64,000 nucleotides of DNA, taken from positions 232 through 64,231 of the forward strand of contig CAZURA010000008.1 of NCBI GenBank assembly GCA_964622985.1, given 5' to 3'. This document shows, in pieces, positions 36,504 to 45,466 of this stretch. This DNA is from an uncultured Bacteroides sp. (GTDB lineage: Bacteria; Bacteroidota; Bacteroidia; Bacteroidales; GCA-2748055). The notes beneath the pieces were generated by a model. That model did not search any database. It worked only from the letters and a program-made list of their open reading frames with translations, and was not told the DNA's origin. Both the position numbers and the translations under genes were made by a program. Every line of letters starts with the position of its first letter. Positions within the stretch are counted from its first letter, which is position 1.

Positions 36504-38054
36504 CTATAGTTGCTTGAGAAGATTACTAATATCCACCTTCTCCTTAATGGTATTCTTTAATATACCTATCTCCACCCTTTCCTGCTCCATGGTATCCCTG
36601 TAGCGAATGGTTACCGTGTCGTCCTGGAGAGTCTGGTGATCGATGGTAATGCAATAGGGTGTGCCGATAGCATCCTGCCTCCTGTATCGTTTTCCGATAG
36701 AATCTTTCTCTTCGTATTGACAGTTGAAGTCAAATTTGAGCTGGTCGACAATAGTGCGTGCCTTTTCGGGAAGTCCGTCCTTTTTTGTGAGTGGAAATAC
36801 AGCCAGTTTTACAGGAGCCAGAACCGGCGGAAGTTTCATGACCACCCGCGAATCGGTGGATCCATCCTCTTTGGTGAGAGTCTCTTCGGTGTAGGCTGAA
36901 GAGATAATCTGCAGGAACATCCGGTCAAGTCCAATGGAAGTCTCCACCACATAGGGTACATAGTTCTCATTTGTATCCGGATCAAAGTATTGGATTTTTT
37001 TCCCGGAGAACTCCTGGTGACTGCCCAGATCAAAGTCGGTTCGTGAGTGAATTCCTTCCACCTCTTTAAAGCCGAACGGGAATTCATATTCAATATCGGT
37101 GGCAGCATTGGCATAGTGGGCCAGCTTGTCATGATCATGAAATCTGTATTTATCGTCTCCGAATCCGAGAGCACGGTGCCATTTCATCCGGGCTTCCTTC
37201 CAGAATTCAAACCATTCCAGTTCTTTTCCCGGGGGTACGAAATACTGCATTTCCATCTGCTCAAATTCCCGCATCCGAAAAATAAACTGGCGTGCAACAA
37301 TCTCGTTCCGGAACGCTTTACCAATCTGTGCAATACCAAAAGGGATCTTCATACGCCCCGATTTCTGTACATTCAGGTAATTCACAAAGATACCCTGAGC
37401 AGTCTCAGGCCTTAGGTATATCCTGTTGGCACTTTCGGCGGTAGATCCCATTTCAGTGGAAAACATGAGGTTAAACTGCCGTACATCGGTCCAGTTCTTT
37501 GAACCTGAAATGGGACAGGCTATCTCTTCGTCAATAATGATTTGCCTGAGCTCTTCCAAATCAGAATCATTTAACGCCTTCACAAAACGAGAATGTAAAG
37601 TCGATAGCTTCTCCTGGTTGGCCTGAACCCGGGGATTGGTATTCAGAAACTGCTCTTCATCAAATGCATCCCCAAAACGCTTGCGGGCTTTTTCCACCTC
37701 CTTCTTTATCTTGCCCTCATATTTGGCCATTTGATCTTCGATCAGTACATCTGCACGATACCTTTTCTTGGAGTCTTTGTTATCCAGTAGCGGATCATTA
37801 AAAGCATCCACGTGACCGGAAGCCTTCCAGATGGTGGGATGCATGAATATGGCCGAGTCGATTCCCACCACGTTTTCATGAAGCAACACCAGAGAGTCCC
37901 ACCAATATTTTTTTATGTTATTCTTTAGTTCTACTCCATATTGTCCATAATCATATACTGCAGCCAGACCATCATATATTTCACTGGATGGAAATACATA
38001 ACCATATTCTTTGCAATGGGCAACTAATTTTTTAAAGAGATCCTCCTGGGCCAT
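36504..38054 (-). CDS. glyQS: Glycine--tRNA ligase (alpha2 type)
   Basis: MAQEDLFKKLVAHCKEYGYVFPSSEIYDGLAAVYDYGQYGVELKNNIKKYWW; class II motifs FRNEIVARQFIFRMREFEQMEMQYF and ETSIGLDRM. Confidence 0.95.
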   Translation of the reverse strand: MAQEDLFKKLVAHCKEYGYVFPSSEIYDGLAAVYDYGQYGVELKNNIKKYWWDSLVLLHENVVGIDSAIFMHPTIWKASGHVDAFNDPLLDNKDSKKRYRADVLIEDQMAKYEGKIKKEVEKARKRFGDAFDEEQFLNTNPRVQANQEKLSTLHSRFVKALNDSDLEELRQIIIDEEIACPISGSKNWTDVRQFNLMFSTEMGSTAESANRIYLRPETAQGIFVNYLNVQKSGRMKIPFGIAQIGKAFRNEIVARQFIFRMREFEQMEMQYFVPPGKELEWFEFWKEARMKWHRALGFGDDKYRFHDHDKLAHYANAATDIEYEFPFGFKEVEGIHSRTDFDLGSHQEFSGKKIQYFDPDTNENYVPYVVETSIGLDRMFLQIISSAYTEETLTKEDGSTDSRVVMKLPPVLAPVKLAVFPLTKKDGLPEKARTIVDQLKFDFNCQYEEKDSIGKRYRRQDAIGTPYCITIDHQTLQDDTVTIRYRDTMEQERVEIGILKNTIKEKVDISNLLKQL

Positions 38055-38140
38055 AAACTTTACTATTATTTAGATTGAAAGAATCACAAAAGTACATCAG
38101 GCAATTTAATATTGTATATAAAACGAAGTAAAATTGCGAT

Positions 38141-39292
38141 TTACACCCATTGTACCCCGGTAAGCACTTTTAATATTTCGTTGGCGGCATGGCCATTTCC
38201 AAAAATAGGAGGGAAAGATTGGGGGGGTGTATCCAGAAAATGGTTTGTGGCTTTTTTGATCTTCTCGGGCGACGATCCAGTGAGCATTCCGTTACCGGCA
38301 TTTATAATTTCCACCCATTCAGTTTCATCACGGAGGACAACCACCGGCTTTTCCATGAACCAGGCTTCCTTCTGTACACCTCCCGAGTCGGTAAGAATGA
38401 CTCTGGCACCTGACTCCAGGCAGATCATGTCAAGGAAGGAGACTGCCGGAATAAACTTAACCCACCCGGATGGATCATTGAAGCCCTTCTCGTTCCTCAT
38501 TTTCTTCTCTTTAACGATCCTGGCGGTTCGCGGATGGAGGGGAAGTATAACCGGAATCTTTCTCTCCTCGGAAATTTCTTCCAGTGCCTGAATGATATTC
38601 TGAAGATTCTCACTCAAATCGGTGTTTGAGGGCCGGTGAATGGTGGCCAACATAAAAGATCCCTTTTTCAATTCCAGTTCATGCAAAATGGATGAACGCT
38701 CCTCTGCCAACTTTTGGAAATAAAGAGTATTATCATACATGAGGTCGCCACAATGAAAAACTCCCTGATGATCAAATGTATAAGGTTGAGTATCACTATG
38801 AACGATCCCTTCCCTGATCAGGTTATCCACACTTGTCACTGTAGGCGAAAACAGCAAGGTGCTCACATGGTCGCATGAAATCCGGTTGATCTCCTCTGGC
38901 ATTTGTTTGTTGTAAGAGCGAAGGCCGGCTTCAATATGTATCACCGGGATATGGAGTTTCGAGGCGGCCAGGGCCCCGGCCAATGTAGAATTGGTATCTC
39001 CGTAAACGATCACCCCTTGCGGTTTCTCTTTCAATATAACCTCTTCGATACCACGGATCATGTTTCCGGTCTGACCACCATGCGAGTCTGATCCAATATC
39101 AAGGTTATAAGCTGGCCGCGGGATCTGCATCTCCTTGAAGAACACCTCTGACATGGAAGTATCGTAATGTTGACCCGTATGGAGGATCACTTCATCGATG
39201 GCATTGCTGTATTCATTCTGTATCACTCTGCTCAATGCAGCGGCTTTGATGAACTGAGGTCTCGCTCCAACTATCGTGAGTAGTTTGATCAT
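38141..39292 (-). CDS. wecB: UDP-N-acetylglucosamine 2-epimerase (non-hydrolysing)
   Basis: MIKLLTIVGARPQFIKAAALSRV...HTGQHYD...GDTNSTLAGALAA...IHIEAGLRS...TDSGGVQKEA. I trimmed the start to the ATG at 39292, because the 19 aa upstream are not family-like. Confidence 0.9.
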   Translation of the reverse strand: MIKLLTIVGARPQFIKAAALSRVIQNEYSNAIDEVILHTGQHYDTSMSEVFFKEMQIPRPAYNLDIGSDSHGGQTGNMIRGIEEVILKEKPQGVIVYGDTNSTLAGALAASKLHIPVIHIEAGLRSYNKQMPEEINRISCDHVSTLLFSPTVTSVDNLIREGIVHSDTQPYTFDHQGVFHCGDLMYDNTLYFQKLAEERSSILHELELKKGSFMLATIHRPSNTDLSENLQNIIQALEEISEERKIPVILPLHPRTARIVKEKKMRNEKGFNDPSGWVKFIPAVSFLDMICLESGARVILTDSGGVQKEAWFMEKPVVVLRDETEWVEIINAGNGMLTGSSPEKIKKATNHFLDTPPQSFPPIFGNGHAANEILKVLTGVQWV

Positions 39293-39351
39293 AGCTACCA
39301 AAATTAAAGGAATTAAATCAATCTCTAGAGGTTTTTCTATATTTGTCATTC

Positions 39352-39390
39352 ATTGAAGCTCCTCACAGCTTGTTGCGAGGAACCTTCAAT
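39352..39390. promoter_or_regulatory. Imperfect hairpin/palindrome in the wecB-nadB divergent spacer
   Basis: ATTGAAG-ct-CCTCaCA-gcttgt-TGcGAGG-aac-CTTCAAT lies 42 nt upstream of the nadB ATG. Function unknown. Confidence 0.25.
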
Positions 39391-39431
39391 CCATAGATTA
39401 TTAATTTGCGTCACATTTCTGCAGCAGTATT

Positions 39432-41015
39432 ATGGATAAACAGTGTGATTTTCTGGTGATTGGATCTGGTCTGGGGGGATTGAGTTTTGCCCTGAAAGTG
39501 GCCGAGTACGGGAAGGTGTGCCTCATCACGAAATCGGAGCTGGGTGAGACCAGCACCAAATATGCACAGGGAGGAATAGCTGCGGTTACCTATGAACCTG
39601 ACAGTAGTGAAAAGCACGTTAAGGATACACTGATTGCAGGCGATCATCTCTGCAATGAAGAGGTGGTAAGGCTCGTAGTAGAGGAAGGTCCTGAACAGAT
39701 TCAACAACTCATCCATTGGGGCACCAATTTTGATAAAGCCTCCAGTGGGAAATATGACCTGGCACGTGAAGGGGGGCATTCGGAGTACAGGATCCTTCAT
39801 CACAAAGACAATACCGGAGAGGAGATACAACGTGCACTTTCAGCCCAGGTTCGTGAGCATCCGGGAATTGAATTGCTGGAGAATCATTTTGCAGTAGATT
39901 TAATCACCCAGCATCATCTTGGGAAGCTGGTCAAACGGCACATGACAGATATAGAGTGTTACGGAGCTTATATACTGAACCTGGAAAACCATGAGGTAGT
40001 TAAGATCCTTTCAAAAACCACACTGCTTGCTTCAGGTGGAGCAGGACACCTCTATTCCACAACGACAAATCCAATTATTGCTACAGGCGATGGAGTGGCC
40101 ATGGTTTACCGGGCCAAAGGAGTAATTGAGAACATGGAATTTGTACAATTCCATCCCACTTCCCTGTATAATCCCGGAGAATCCCCCTCATTTCTGATTA
40201 CTGAAGCCATGAGGGGTTACGGAGGCATCCTGAAGAATCAACTGGGCGAGAAGTTCATGAATAAATATGATGAGCGGGGTAGCCTGGCTCCCAGGGATAT
40301 AGTGGCCCGGGCCATTGACAATGAGATGAAGATCCATGGACACGATTTTGTCTACCTGGATACCACCCACCTGGAGGAGAAGTCTTTGAAGGAACACTTC
40401 CCGAACATCACTGAGAAATGCATGTCACTGGGCATTGATATTGCCAGGGACATGATCCCTGTGGTTCCTGCAGCACACTACATGTGCGGTGGGATAAAAG
40501 TGGATTTTAATGCGCAAACGTGGATCAAAAGACTGTATGCTGTAGGAGAGGTCTCTTCTACAGGGCTTCACGGGGCAAACCGTCTGGCATCCAATTCTCT
40601 AATAGAAGCCATAGTCTATGCAGATCGTGCTGCAAGGCATACCGTTGAAAATATCTCGATCTTTGAAATGGCTACCCAGATTCCTGAATGGGATGATACG
40701 GGAACGACCCATCCCGAAGAGATGGTGTTGATCACCCAGAACCTGAAAGAGGTAAAACAAATTATGACCAACTACGTAGGAATTGTACGCTCAGACCTGC
40801 GTTTAGAGAGAGCTACATCTCGCCTGGAAATTATCTACAGGGAAACGGAAGAACTCTATAAGAAGTCAAAACTCTCTCTTCGGATTTGTCAACTTCGTAA
40901 TCTGATCAATGTTGGGTACCTGGTTATCAAAATGGCTCAGGCCAGGAAGGAGAGCCGAGGCCTTCATTACAACCTGGATTATCCAAAGCGCTTCGAAAAT
41001 GGCGATCCCTCCTAA
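39432..41015 (+). CDS. nadB: L-aspartate oxidase
   Basis: FAD motif DFLVIGSGLGGLSFAL, then YAQGGIAAV, HPTSL, RGYGGIL, and GLHGANRLASNSLIEAIVYA. Confidence 0.93.
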   Translation: MDKQCDFLVIGSGLGGLSFALKVAEYGKVCLITKSELGETSTKYAQGGIAAVTYEPDSSEKHVKDTLIAGDHLCNEEVVRLVVEEGPEQIQQLIHWGTNFDKASSGKYDLAREGGHSEYRILHHKDNTGEEIQRALSAQVREHPGIELLENHFAVDLITQHHLGKLVKRHMTDIECYGAYILNLENHEVVKILSKTTLLASGGAGHLYSTTTNPIIATGDGVAMVYRAKGVIENMEFVQFHPTSLYNPGESPSFLITEAMRGYGGILKNQLGEKFMNKYDERGSLAPRDIVARAIDNEMKIHGHDFVYLDTTHLEEKSLKEHFPNITEKCMSLGIDIARDMIPVVPAAHYMCGGIKVDFNAQTWIKRLYAVGEVSSTGLHGANRLASNSLIEAIVYADRAARHTVENISIFEMATQIPEWDDTGTTHPEEMVLITQNLKEVKQIMTNYVGIVRSDLRLERATSRLEIIYRETEELYKKSKLSLRICQLRNLINVGYLVIKMAQARKESRGLHYNLDYPKRFENGDPS

Positions 41016-41049
41016 TCACCCATCACCCATCACTCATCACCCATCACCC
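41015..41049. repeat. Heptanucleotide microsatellite (ATCACCC)x5, one variant unit ATCACTC
   Basis: Direct reading: ATCACCC ATCACCC ATCACTC ATCACCC ATCACCC. It begins at the last base of the nadB stop codon. It also encodes the last residues and the stop of the convergent dusB (..GDG*). Confidence 0.9.
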
Positions 41050-42059
41050 TTTTCCCAAAAACTACTATTCACTTCAGGCCTGAAATCACCATATTTCTCG
41101 CTGATATGCTCGAGGAGTAGATAGATTTCTTCCACTTCCAGGGAAGTGAGAAGCTTCAGCCGCATCTCCTTAAAATGGGGGAGTCCTTTGAAATAGTTGG
41201 AGAAGTGTCGGCGCATCTCGTATATACCCACCGGTTCTGATTTATGCTCCAGTGATTTGGAAAACTGCAGTTTGGCCATCGCCACCTTTTCTGTGACTGT
41301 GGGATCGGGAAGCAGCTCGCCGGTGTTGAGATAGTGTTTTACATGTTTGAAAAGCCATGGTTTTCCAACCGCTGCACGACCAATCATGATCCCGTCCACT
41401 CCGTAACGGTCAAATGCCTCCTTAGCTCCGGTAGGATCTGTAATATCACCATTACCGATAATAGGTATGTGCATACGGGGATTTCTTTTGACCTCCCCAA
41501 TGAGGGTCCAATCTGCTGTTCCTTTGTACATCTGAGCCCGTGTTCGGCCATGAATAGTAAGCGCACTGATCCCCTGATCCTGCAGCTCTTCAGCCACTTC
41601 TACGATGATCTTGTTCTGTTCATCCCATCCCAGCCTGGTTTTCACAGTTACCGGAACTGTTGATGCTTCCACAATGGCTTTAGTCATCTCCATCATAAGA
41701 GGGATATTGGCCAGCATACCTGCTCCTGCTCCACGGTTGGCGATTTTCCTGACAGGACATCCATAGTTGATATCAATAATTTCAGGGTGCGACTCCAGCG
41801 CCCTGTGAGTTGCCTCCACCATCGATTCAATGATGTGACCATAGAGCTGAATTCCCATGGGCCTCTCATAATCAAAGATCTCAAGCTTCTTCACACTTTT
41901 AGCCCCATCCCTGATGAGTCCATCGGATGAAATGAACTCAGTATACATCACATCTGCCCCATGTTTTTTACATAGATACCTGAAGGAAGGATCTGTGATA
42001 TCCTCCATGGGTGCCAGGAAGAGTGGCTGATTTCCAAGCTCAACTTCGTCAATTCGCAT
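41037..42059 (-). CDS. dusB: tRNA-dihydrouridine synthase
   Basis: LFLAPMEDITDPSFRYLCKKHGADVMYTEFISS...INYGCPVRKI...TVKTRLGW...LTIHGRTRAQMY...GNGDI. Confidence 0.9.
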   Translation of the reverse strand: MRIDEVELGNQPLFLAPMEDITDPSFRYLCKKHGADVMYTEFISSDGLIRDGAKSVKKLEIFDYERPMGIQLYGHIIESMVEATHRALESHPEIIDINYGCPVRKIANRGAGAGMLANIPLMMEMTKAIVEASTVPVTVKTRLGWDEQNKIIVEVAEELQDQGISALTIHGRTRAQMYKGTADWTLIGEVKRNPRMHIPIIGNGDITDPTGAKEAFDRYGVDGIMIGRAAVGKPWLFKHVKHYLNTGELLPDPTVTEKVAMAKLQFSKSLEHKSEPVGIYEMRRHFSNYFKGLPHFKEMRLKLLTSLEVEEIYLLLEHISEKYGDFRPEVNSSFWEKGDG

Positions 42060-42138
42060 AGTGGATAATTATTATAGGAACTAAACGCTCAAATTGCCAT
42101 ATTTGTGCATCAATTACGATTCAAAAATACAAAAATAA

Positions 42139-43089
42139 GTGCCTAGAAGAGCATTGCTTGCAGGATTGAGGCCGTCTGAGAAATTCCTCTTTACGGTAGT
42201 GATATTACTGATTGTGGGATTGGCTTTCCAGTTTATTGGGGCTTTCCTGGCAGCGTGGATATACGGTTTTGGGATTTCTGAGATAATCACCATGGGGGCG
42301 TTTGATAATCCCAGATACGTATCTGCCTCCAAAGTGATACAGATCATTGGCTCCATCGGTACCTTTATCATTCCTGCATTCCTTTTTTCGTTCCTTTTCG
42401 AAGGGCACCCATATTCATATTATAAGTTTGACCGACCTATCTGGAGTATACCGATATTACTTACAGTGGGTATGATGATTGTTGTGGTACCCTTTATTAA
42501 TTATATAGCAGAACTCAATTTGAAACTGGATTTCCCCATTAGATCGTTAGACAGGTTGCTCCGGAATCTGGAAGGGGAAGCGGAGGAGATCATGCGTGCC
42601 TTTATGGCCACACGAACCTTTGGTGGATTACTGGTAAACCTGCTAATGATCGGGATCATAGCATCAGTAGGAGAGGAGTTGATTTTTCGCGGATTGTTGC
42701 AGCGTCTTCTCATAGGAATGGTAAAGAATGTGCATGTGGGCATTGCAATAACGGCCATTCTGTTCAGTGCTTTCCATTTTCAATTTTTTTCCTTTTTACC
42801 CCGCTTTATGCTGGGACTGCTATTGGGTTATCTGATGGTGTATGGCCGATCCATATGGTATCCGATACTTGCCCATTTCGTAAATAACGCTATGGGGGTG
42901 GTTTACTATTATTTCAACTCAAAAGGAAATGGAGATGATATGCTGGAAGAGATCGGGACAAGCTCCTTGATGCCCATGACAGCAGTAATCAGCCTTTTAC
43001 TGTTCGCAGTTTTCTTTATTCTGTGGTATTATCAGACAGGAGGGTATACTAGCCGATCTCTTCAATCCGAGGAGTTTGGAAGAGATTGA
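42139..43089 (+). CDS. CPBP family intramembrane glutamic endopeptidase (CAAX protease-like)
   Basis: GTG start, multi-TM. Motif 1 is SVGEELIFRGLLQ, motif 2 is FSAFHF, motif 3 is LAHFVNNAMG. Confidence 0.8.
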   Translation: MPRRALLAGLRPSEKFLFTVVILLIVGLAFQFIGAFLAAWIYGFGISEIITMGAFDNPRYVSASKVIQIIGSIGTFIIPAFLFSFLFEGHPYSYYKFDRPIWSIPILLTVGMMIVVVPFINYIAELNLKLDFPIRSLDRLLRNLEGEAEEIMRAFMATRTFGGLLVNLLMIGIIASVGEELIFRGLLQRLLIGMVKNVHVGIAITAILFSAFHFQFFSFLPRFMLGLLLGYLMVYGRSIWYPILAHFVNNAMGVVYYYFNSKGNGDDMLEEIGTSSLMPMTAVISLLLFAVFFILWYYQTGGYTSRSLQSEEFGRD

Positions 43090-43783
43090 CGTTGTTTAGC
43101 TCATTCTTTCTGAACACATAGACCAATCCGTATTCTGAAGCTTTTTCCCTGCGCATCTCTTCAGGCAGATCATTAAATGTGTTTTCAACCTCATTCCAGA
43201 CCTGCTGTATTACACTATCCACCTGAGAGCGATTTACGTTGAGTAACTCCTGAGCACGCTGGCTCCTGGTTTTCAGGCTTTTTTGATAATTGTGATACTC
43301 CATGAATTTGTCATAGTGTACTTTCAGTACCGCTATGGTGGGATTGGTAATGGGACTCATACCCTTCATGCGCCTCTTCTTCTCACCTTCAATTAGACGT
43401 TGCCCCCAGTTAATCAATTCCTCTTCAGAATTGAGAGCAGGCAATTTCTTCTCTTCCTCTTCTAATCCAAAATAATTTCTGGTTTCAGGAACAAGATCTC
43501 CACGTGAAATTGCCATATTTACAACCTGGATAAAATGGGAGATATATAGTCGGACTTTCTTTAACCGCTTTTGGTACTCCTTATTTTTTTCAGCCTGAAT
43601 GTTCAATGAATTCCTGTGCTCATGGATCGCGTTCTCAAAAACGGGCAATACCGTTTGGATTTTTCGATACGAATTCGGAGTGAAAGCCAGTTTGAACGGA
43701 GGTAAATCTTTTCCTTTGTCATGGGCCGACTTTAGTGACTTAAGTCGTGCAGAGTCTGTGTTAGGTAAGCGGCGGTAGGGCAT
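43049..43783 (-). CDS. Hypothetical protein (244 aa, highly charged, predicted helical, no signal peptide)
   Basis: Long ORF with an ATG start and plausible codon usage: MPYRRLPNTDSARLKSLKSAHDKGKDLPPFKLAF... I recognise no family motif. Its 3' end overlaps the convergent CPBP gene by 41 nt. Confidence 0.55.
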   Translation of the reverse strand: MPYRRLPNTDSARLKSLKSAHDKGKDLPPFKLAFTPNSYRKIQTVLPVFENAIHEHRNSLNIQAEKNKEYQKRLKKVRLYISHFIQVVNMAISRGDLVPETRNYFGLEEEEKKLPALNSEEELINWGQRLIEGEKKRRMKGMSPITNPTIAVLKVHYDKFMEYHNYQKSLKTRSQRAQELLNVNRSQVDSVIQQVWNEVENTFNDLPEEMRREKASEYGLVYVFRKNELNNVNLFQTPRIEEIG

Positions 43784-44066
43784 GTTAGTAAAAATGTTAA
43801 TAAAAGGTTGAGAAACGGGGTTGAATGTGCGAATATATGAATTTATAATTACCGTGCAACACTATTCGCATATTTTTACGTCGTGTGTATAAAAAAGTTA
43901 TATTATTTGGTGAAGTTTTAGGATATTCTATTAAATTGATCCATAGTGTGGTTTATATTGCAGTTATTAACAAAATGCGTAAATCACCTATTTGTGCCGT
44001 TTATCAAAAAATGAGGCAATTAAGAGTCCACATTGTTAATACTAATAATCATTAAATTTTAAGCAC

Positions 44067-45455
44067 ATGTTTCCAAAAGAGGTCTATTGGCAAAGAAGAA
44101 AGTTACTTCGTGAAAGGGTGGGTGATGGGTTGATACTATTCCCTGCAAACGAAGAGAGTGCCATGAATTATAAAGCCAATACTTACCATTACCGGCAGGA
44201 CAGCAGCTTTCTCTATTTTTTCGGAATTAATAAGCCCGGATTTTTCGGGGTGTGTGATGTGGACAATGGGAAGGATACCCTTTTTGGGGATGACCTAACC
44301 ATAGAAGATATCATTTGGATGGGTGAACAACCTGCAGTGAAAAAATTAGCTTCTGAAGTAGCAATTGACTCTACTGCTCCATTGGAGCATTTGACAACCG
44401 TATTGCAGTCGGCCTTGAAATCAGGAAGAAAGATACATATACTTCCAACCTATCGTGGCGATCATTTGATAAAGTTGGCGTCAATCTTAGGATGTAGCGC
44501 CGATGAGGTAAAGGAGCATGTTTCAGAAGAGCTTATAGGTGCTGTAGTACAACTGCGGTCAATCAAAGATTCATATGAAATCGATGAGATCGAAAAGGCA
44601 GTGGATGTGGCAGGGATCATGCATACAACGGCCATGAAAATGGGTTTTCCAGGGAACTACGAAAGGGAGCTTTCTGGAGCCATCGAAGGCATAGCCCTTG
44701 CCCATGGCGGACCGGTTTCTTTTCCCGTGATCCTTAGTATGGACGGTCAGATCCTTCATAATCATAACCATGCAAATGAACTGGTTAAGGGACGTATGGT
44801 CATATGTGATGCCGGTGCGGAGACCTCTATGTGCTATGCCAGTGATATCACCAGAACCTTCCCTGTTGGAGGTGAATTCTCCACACAGCAAAAGGATATA
44901 TATAATCTGGTTCTGACTGCCAATATGAAAACTATTGAGGCCTCTGTACCTGGAAATACATATCTCGAGGTTCATCTGATGGCTGCTCATATCATCGCAA
45001 ACGGTTTGAAGGAGTTGGGGATTATGAAGGGAGATGTGGATGAAGCGGTAGAAGCCGGAGCCCATGCCTTATTCTTTCCGCATGGACTGGGCCACATGTT
45101 AGGACTGGATGTACATGACATGGAAGGATTTGGAGAGGATCATGTGGGATACACGAAAGATTTAAAACGGAGCGATCAGTTTGGATTGGCTTATCTGAGG
45201 ATGGCACGACAGCTGGAACCCGGACATGTGATTACCAATGAACCTGGTTGTTATTTCATCCCGGCCCTGATCGACATCTGGAAAAAAGAGAAGAAGTTGG
45301 AACAGTTCATCAACTACGATAAAGTTGAAGCCTATCGTGGATTCGGAGGAGTCAGGATCGAGGATGATGTCCTGATCACCGATACCGGTAGTCGCATTCT
45401 GGGCACACCTATTCCTAAAACCGTTGAAGAGGTGGAGACCACCATGCGGGGTTAA
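44067..45455 (+). CDS. pepP: Xaa-Pro aminopeptidase (M24B, aminopeptidase P family)
   Basis: AMP_N-like N-terminus (YRQDSSFLYFFGI) and M24 metal ligands (DAGAE...YASDITRT, HGLGHMLGLDVHD, NEPG, GGVRIEDDVLIT). Confidence 0.85.
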   Translation: MFPKEVYWQRRKLLRERVGDGLILFPANEESAMNYKANTYHYRQDSSFLYFFGINKPGFFGVCDVDNGKDTLFGDDLTIEDIIWMGEQPAVKKLASEVAIDSTAPLEHLTTVLQSALKSGRKIHILPTYRGDHLIKLASILGCSADEVKEHVSEELIGAVVQLRSIKDSYEIDEIEKAVDVAGIMHTTAMKMGFPGNYERELSGAIEGIALAHGGPVSFPVILSMDGQILHNHNHANELVKGRMVICDAGAETSMCYASDITRTFPVGGEFSTQQKDIYNLVLTANMKTIEASVPGNTYLEVHLMAAHIIANGLKELGIMKGDVDEAVEAGAHALFFPHGLGHMLGLDVHDMEGFGEDHVGYTKDLKRSDQFGLAYLRMARQLEPGHVITNEPGCYFIPALIDIWKKEKKLEQFINYDKVEAYRGFGGVRIEDDVLITDTGSRILGTPIPKTVEEVETTMRG

Positions 45456-45466
45456 CCAAAAAGGAT

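Noticed and set aside
36504-38054. glyQS as a horizontally inserted or duplicated synthetase
   Set aside because: It is a full-length canonical alpha2 GlyRS with composition like its neighbours. Nothing in the window suggests a second copy or mobile context. Only its operon position is odd, and that is covered in the findings.
38112-39830. ORFs 38112..38591 (+, 159 aa) and 39411..39830 (-, 139 aa)
   Set aside because: They are antisense to wecB and nadB respectively, both of which have unambiguous family signatures.
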